Positions 59,978 to 64,000 of a stretch of DNA of 64,000 nucleotides are shown one piece after another. Origin of the DNA: an uncultured Mollicutes bacterium (GTDB lineage: Bacteria; Bacillota_I; Bacilli_A; RFN20; CAG-826); NCBI GenBank assembly GCA_900540365.1, contig UQFN01000004.1:51362-115361 (forward strand), in the 5' to 3' direction. The position numbers were made by a program, and so were the translations under genes. How positions within the stretch are numbered: position 1 is the stretch's first letter; each line of letters starts with the position of its first letter. The notes beneath the pieces are model-generated. The model was not told the origin of the DNA, ran no database searches, and saw only the letters and a program-made list of their open reading frames with translations.

Positions 59978-61123
59978 ATGGATTTAGTAATACTTGGCGC
60001 AAGCGGTTCTATAGGAACTCAAACTATAGATGTTATAAAAAATAATGAAAAAAAGTGGACTTTAAAAGGTTTTTCAGTTGGAAATAAGACTTTTTATGTA
60101 GATGAAATCTTAAAAGAATTTAAAGATGTAACTTCGATATGTTTAAAAAATAAAAAAGATTATTTAAATTATAAAAACAAATATCCAAGCATCAAATTTT
60201 TCTATGGTGATAAAGGGTTAATCAAATTAATTAAATATAATAAAAATGCCACTATTTTAAATGCTTTAGTTGGCTTTGTTGGTCTTAAACCAAGCATAGT
60301 TAGTTTAAAATTAAACCGAACATTGCTTCTAGCAAATAAGGAAAGCTTAGTTTGTGGCGGGAATTTAATTAATAAGATTTTAAAAAGAAAAGGTAAAATA
60401 TATCCAATTGATAGTGAACATGTAGCTATCGCCAAATGTTTATATAACGAAAATATTAGTGATGTTAATCAAATTATAATTACTGCAAGTGGAGGCCCTT
60501 TTTTTAATTTAAATCGTGAAGAATTAAAAAATGTTACCTTAAAAGACGCTTTAAATCATCCGACCTGGAAAATGGGTAATAAAATTACAATTGATAGTGC
60601 AACTATGATGAATAAAACATTTGAATTAATCGAAGCGTATTATTTATTTGGTATTGATTTTGATAAAATTAAAGCTATTGTCAATAGAAAATCATTAGTT
60701 CATGGCTTAGTGAAATTTAATGATGGTAGAATTAAACTTAATGTTGGCGAAAATTTAATGAAATATCCAATTTTATATGCTTTAGATTTAGGCAAACCAA
60801 ATGATGATACGTTTAATGATATAGAACTAAATACATACGATAGATACGAGTTTTTTAATCTTAGTAAAAAACGTTTTCCACTTTTAAATTATGCTGAAAA
60901 AGTTGTTAAATCTTCTAAAAATGAAGGTGTTATTTTAAATGCCATTAACGAAGAATGTGTACAAGCTTTTTTAAATAGCAAAATTAATTTTATTGATATA
61001 GAAAATATTATTGATAAAATATTTTCTAGTGCAATATTTATAAAATGTAATAATTATAAATTATTACACTTATCAAATATGTACTATCGTTATAAAACTC
61101 GTAAAGAAATTTTTAAGAGGTAA
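59978..61123 (+). CDS. dxr: 1-deoxy-D-xylulose 5-phosphate reductoisomerase
   Basis: 381 aa. LGASGSIGTQT, ANKESLV, PIDSEH and HPTWKMGNKITIDSATMMNK match DXR. Confidence 0.9.
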   Translation: MDLVILGASGSIGTQTIDVIKNNEKKWTLKGFSVGNKTFYVDEILKEFKDVTSICLKNKKDYLNYKNKYPSIKFFYGDKGLIKLIKYNKNATILNALVGFVGLKPSIVSLKLNRTLLLANKESLVCGGNLINKILKRKGKIYPIDSEHVAIAKCLYNENISDVNQIIITASGGPFFNLNREELKNVTLKDALNHPTWKMGNKITIDSATMMNKTFELIEAYYLFGIDFDKIKAIVNRKSLVHGLVKFNDGRIKLNVGENLMKYPILYALDLGKPNDDTFNDIELNTYDRYEFFNLSKKRFPLLNYAEKVVKSSKNEGVILNAINEECVQAFLNSKINFIDIENIIDKIFSSAIFIKCNNYKLLHLSNMYYRYKTRKEIFKR

Positions 61124-61125
61124 TT

Positions 61126-62805
61126 ATGAATTTTTTAAATACAATTTTGTCATTAATCTTGTTTTTTATTGCATTAGGAGTACTAATTACTATACATGAA
61201 TTAGGCCATTTTATTGCTGCAAAATCGTTCAAGGTTTATTGTAGTGACTTCTCAATTGGCTTTGGACCTAAAATAGTAAATATTAAAAGAAAAAATGGTG
61301 AAACTAATTTTAAAATTGGAGTTTTTCCAGTTGGAGGTTATGTTTCTATGTATGGAGAAGGAGTAGAATTACCTAGCGGAGTTAATATTCCTAAATCTCG
61401 TTCTTTAGAAGGAATTTCACGTTATAAAAGATTAATTATCATGGCTAGTGGAATAGTCATGAATTTTGTTTTAGCATACATAATTTTCTTTATTTGTGCT
61501 TCCTGCTTTCCTCAATACAATATACCTTATATTAATGTTGTAAGATTAACAAATGAAGATCAATATGTACAAAATCAAGTATTAACCGATGATTTTGGAA
61601 ATATTTTTAGTTTTCAAGATGATAAACAATATGTACTTGGAATGAATAATTTTAAAACTGATGATTATGAATTTGGCAACCTTATTAAGGAATATGATCC
61701 TATAACACAAACTTTTAAGGATAGTTATTTTACAAGAGTAGACCAAGATGGTAATACTTTATACTATGTATTAGGTCTTAAGTCTGGAATTGATTCAATT
61801 TATAGTCTTGATGATTTTTCAAATTTGATTACAATTTACCGAGCAGATTTTTATCAAAATGTTAAATATTCAATGAATGATAGTGAAACTAATGAACCAA
61901 TCGATGTTTATGGAGACTATTATTTACCCAAGGTTGAAGAAGGCTCTCTTTTAACTTATCGATTTAACGCTGAAGAAATTGAAACTTTTAATTACGATAT
62001 TTCTTTAAGAATTATTGATGAAAACAATAATTCTACATATGAATCTTTAAATTTAAAAATAACTAATACCAATAACAAGACATCTATTGATCAATTTGGA
62101 TTCGGGGTAGCTTATAGTACTTATTGGAATGGTTTAAATAGTTTTAAAGTAGCAGGAGAAGATTGGATTTCTTCGACAACTTTAATTTCTGATGCATTAG
62201 GCCAATTATTTATTGGTAAGGGTTGGGAAAATATGGGAGGTCCAGTTGCGATTTTTACTCAAACAACCTCAATATTACAAAACAATCCTTTTAATTATTA
62301 CTTAAAAACATGGGGGATAATTAGTGTCAATCTTGCACTTTTTAATTTATTACCTTTCCCTGGTCTTGATGGATGGCAAATGTTAGTTACATTAATTGAA
62401 GGTGGAGTCAATTTATTTAAAAGAATATTTTATAGAAATAAATACGCTAATATTGACAAAAAAGTTCTTAAAGATCTTGAAAAAAATGAAGAAAAGTTAG
62501 CTGATATTAAAACTGCATATCAAAATAAATTTAATAAAGCCTTTAATGAAGGAGAACTTACTTTAAAATTTGGTAGTACTGATCTAGATTTAAATGATGA
62601 AGAGTATAAATTTTATAATAATTATGTTGCTGAAAAAGAAGTTTTAAATAAATATAAAATTGATAACAATATAAATGATGTTATTCCTTTTAAAGAATGG
62701 AAAATTCCAGATAAAACAAAAAATATTGTTTCTTATATTGGATTAGCTCTTTTGTTTGGATTAATGATCGCAGTATTTTTCATGGATATTTTTAGATTAT
62801 TCTAG
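61126..62805 (+). CDS. rseP: RseP/RasP-type site-2 (M50) zinc metalloprotease with atypical insertions
   Basis: 559 aa with HELGH in TM1 and NLLPFPGLDG in a later TM. It has a long non-PDZ-looking middle region and an extra hydrophilic segment of about 110 aa before the last TM. Confidence 0.85.
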   Translation: MNFLNTILSLILFFIALGVLITIHELGHFIAAKSFKVYCSDFSIGFGPKIVNIKRKNGETNFKIGVFPVGGYVSMYGEGVELPSGVNIPKSRSLEGISRYKRLIIMASGIVMNFVLAYIIFFICASCFPQYNIPYINVVRLTNEDQYVQNQVLTDDFGNIFSFQDDKQYVLGMNNFKTDDYEFGNLIKEYDPITQTFKDSYFTRVDQDGNTLYYVLGLKSGIDSIYSLDDFSNLITIYRADFYQNVKYSMNDSETNEPIDVYGDYYLPKVEEGSLLTYRFNAEEIETFNYDISLRIIDENNNSTYESLNLKITNTNNKTSIDQFGFGVAYSTYWNGLNSFKVAGEDWISSTTLISDALGQLFIGKGWENMGGPVAIFTQTTSILQNNPFNYYLKTWGIISVNLALFNLLPFPGLDGWQMLVTLIEGGVNLFKRIFYRNKYANIDKKVLKDLEKNEEKLADIKTAYQNKFNKAFNEGELTLKFGSTDLDLNDEEYKFYNNYVAEKEVLNKYKIDNNINDVIPFKEWKIPDKTKNIVSYIGLALLFGLMIAVFFMDIFRLF

Positions 62806-62807
62806 TT

Positions 62808-64000
62808 ATGGAAAAAGGAAAAGAAAAGTTTGTTAAATTTCTAAAGTCAATACATATTGAAGATGATATGGATTTTGATGATATGTCTTTTTTAAACATC
62901 ACAAAATCAATACTAGATAAAAACACGTTTATTTATATTATTGAAAAAAATAATCCATGGGAGTATCAAATATTAGATAAATTTATTAACGCATTAACAA
63001 ATATTACTACATATAAATATGAAATAAATTTTGTTTACAATTTTAAATATCTAGGAGACGATGTTGTTAAATTAGTTAATGATTGGTATTTTACAAAAAC
63101 GTTTAGTCAACCAAATTTCGATTTAAGCGTTGTAGAAAATACTTTAAATTTATTCTTTTATAACAATAGCGATAAAGATAGCTTTTTTGAAAAAAAGTTG
63201 GATTTAGAAGGGTTTTTAAATTTTTTAAGCCTTAATTATAAGTTGAATATACAAGTTATTGATAATCAATTAGAAGATATTCATATAGCAAAAGAAAATA
63301 TTTCTACTCCAAATATTGAATATGAAAAAGAAAATTTAGAAGAAGCTAGTGACGAAGACAACGAAGAAGAGGACAACGATCGTGATAAAGAATTTTTTCA
63401 AATTCAAGAAGAAGCTGAAATAAAACTTCGTGACCAACTTCAAGAGAACTATAAATTAATGTTAGAAGAAAGAAGACATCAAGATTTATTTAAAAAAGGT
63501 AATTATCAAACATATTTAATTGGAAATATTGATGAAAATAGCGGAGCTGTTGATTTTAATGGAACCATTTTTGAAGTAAGTGATCCACGTGAAACAAAAA
63601 CAGGGAAAGTTGTTTATAAAGTTGGTGTTGAAGATGAAAGTGGAGCCATATATATTACATTTATTAGTAATTCTTTAGCATTATCAATCGATAAATTAAA
63701 AGATTTAAAAAAAGGACAAAATATAAGAATAAAAGGAAAAGTTGATTTAGATAAATTTCGTCATGAAGTTTATGTAATGTGTCATTATTTTTATATTTTA
63801 CCTCCAAATGAGTTGAGAACTGATGATATTGAAGGTCCTAAAAGAGTTGAATTGCATTTACATACTAAAATGAGCGAAATGGATGGTGTTAATAGTATTG
63901 CTGAATATTGTCAATTAGCTAAAAATATGGGGCATACAGCTATTGCAGTTACTGATCACGGTGTTGTTCAAGCCTTCCCTGAAGCTCAAGCTGCTGCAAA
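62808..64000 (+). CDS. polC: DNA polymerase III PolC-type, N-terminal part (3' end lies outside the window)
   Basis: The frame is open from the ATG at 62808 to the window end (checked by manual translation). It has an OB-fold region (GKVVYKVGVEDESGAIYITF) and the start of the PHP domain (RVELHLHTKMSEMDG...VTDHGVVQAFPEA). Confidence 0.9.
   Translation, partial: MEKGKEKFVKFLKSIHIEDDMDFDDMSFLNITKSILDKNTFIYIIEKNNPWEYQILDKFINALTNITTYKYEINFVYNFKYLGDDVVKLVNDWYFTKTFSQPNFDLSVVENTLNLFFYNNSDKDSFFEKKLDLEGFLNFLSLNYKLNIQVIDNQLEDIHIAKENISTPNIEYEKENLEEASDEDNEEEDNDRDKEFFQIQEEAEIKLRDQLQENYKLMLEERRHQDLFKKGNYQTYLIGNIDENSGAVDFNGTIFEVSDPRETKTGKVVYKVGVEDESGAIYITFISNSLALSIDKLKDLKKGQNIRIKGKVDLDKFRHEVYVMCHYFYILPPNELRTDDIEGPKRVELHLHTKMSEMDGVNSIAEYCQLAKNMGHTAIAVTDHGVVQAFPEAQAAA

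Overview
AT-rich chromosomal segment from a genome-reduced Bacillota/Mollicutes-like organism. It uses genetic code 11: TGA terminates marR, ftsY and xerC, and Trp is TGG. Almost the whole window is core housekeeping DNA. From left to right it holds: the 3' end of a glycosyltransferase; the complete S10-spc-alpha ribosomal protein cluster (rpsJ to rplQ, including secY-adk-map-infA-rpmJ, with no rpmD/L30); an accessory-looking block bracketed by two divergent tRNA-Ser genes (a membrane-anchored degenerate GGDEF/EAL-like protein, an archaeal/eukaryote-type proS, and marR plus a heterodimeric ABC exporter); a small membrane protein; a CIRCE-controlled clpB lacking the N-domain; gapA-pgk-tpiA; a BI-1/YccA-like membrane protein; and one 16S-23S-5S rRNA operon with no spacer tRNA. 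From about 36 kb to the end, gene order follows the Bacillus subtilis yloU...polC region with many genes deleted: asp23-yloV(fakA-like)-[lipoprotein insert]-plsX-rnc-ftsY-ylxM-ffh, an inverted rpsP-khpA-rimM-trmD block, then rplS-rbgA-rnhB-dprA-topA-trmFO-xerC-rpsB-tsf-pyrH-frr-cdsA-dxr-rseP-polC. I found no CRISPR array, transposase, integrase or prophage gene. The most unusual content is: (1) a tandemly duplicated, translationally coupled two-lipoprotein cassette of unrecognised family between yloV and plsX, with one member frameshifted; (2) a TM-anchored protein whose GGDEF-like and EAL-like modules have lost the catalytic residues; (3) a repeated 20-60 nt motif (core TTTTAGACACTTTTT) at the 3' ends of five plus-strand transcription units; (4) lysine-rich low-complexity extensions on many ribosomal proteins; and (5) a local inversion that makes ffh and trmD converge with overlapping stop codons. 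All calls come from reading the sequence and ORF translations. No database search was run.
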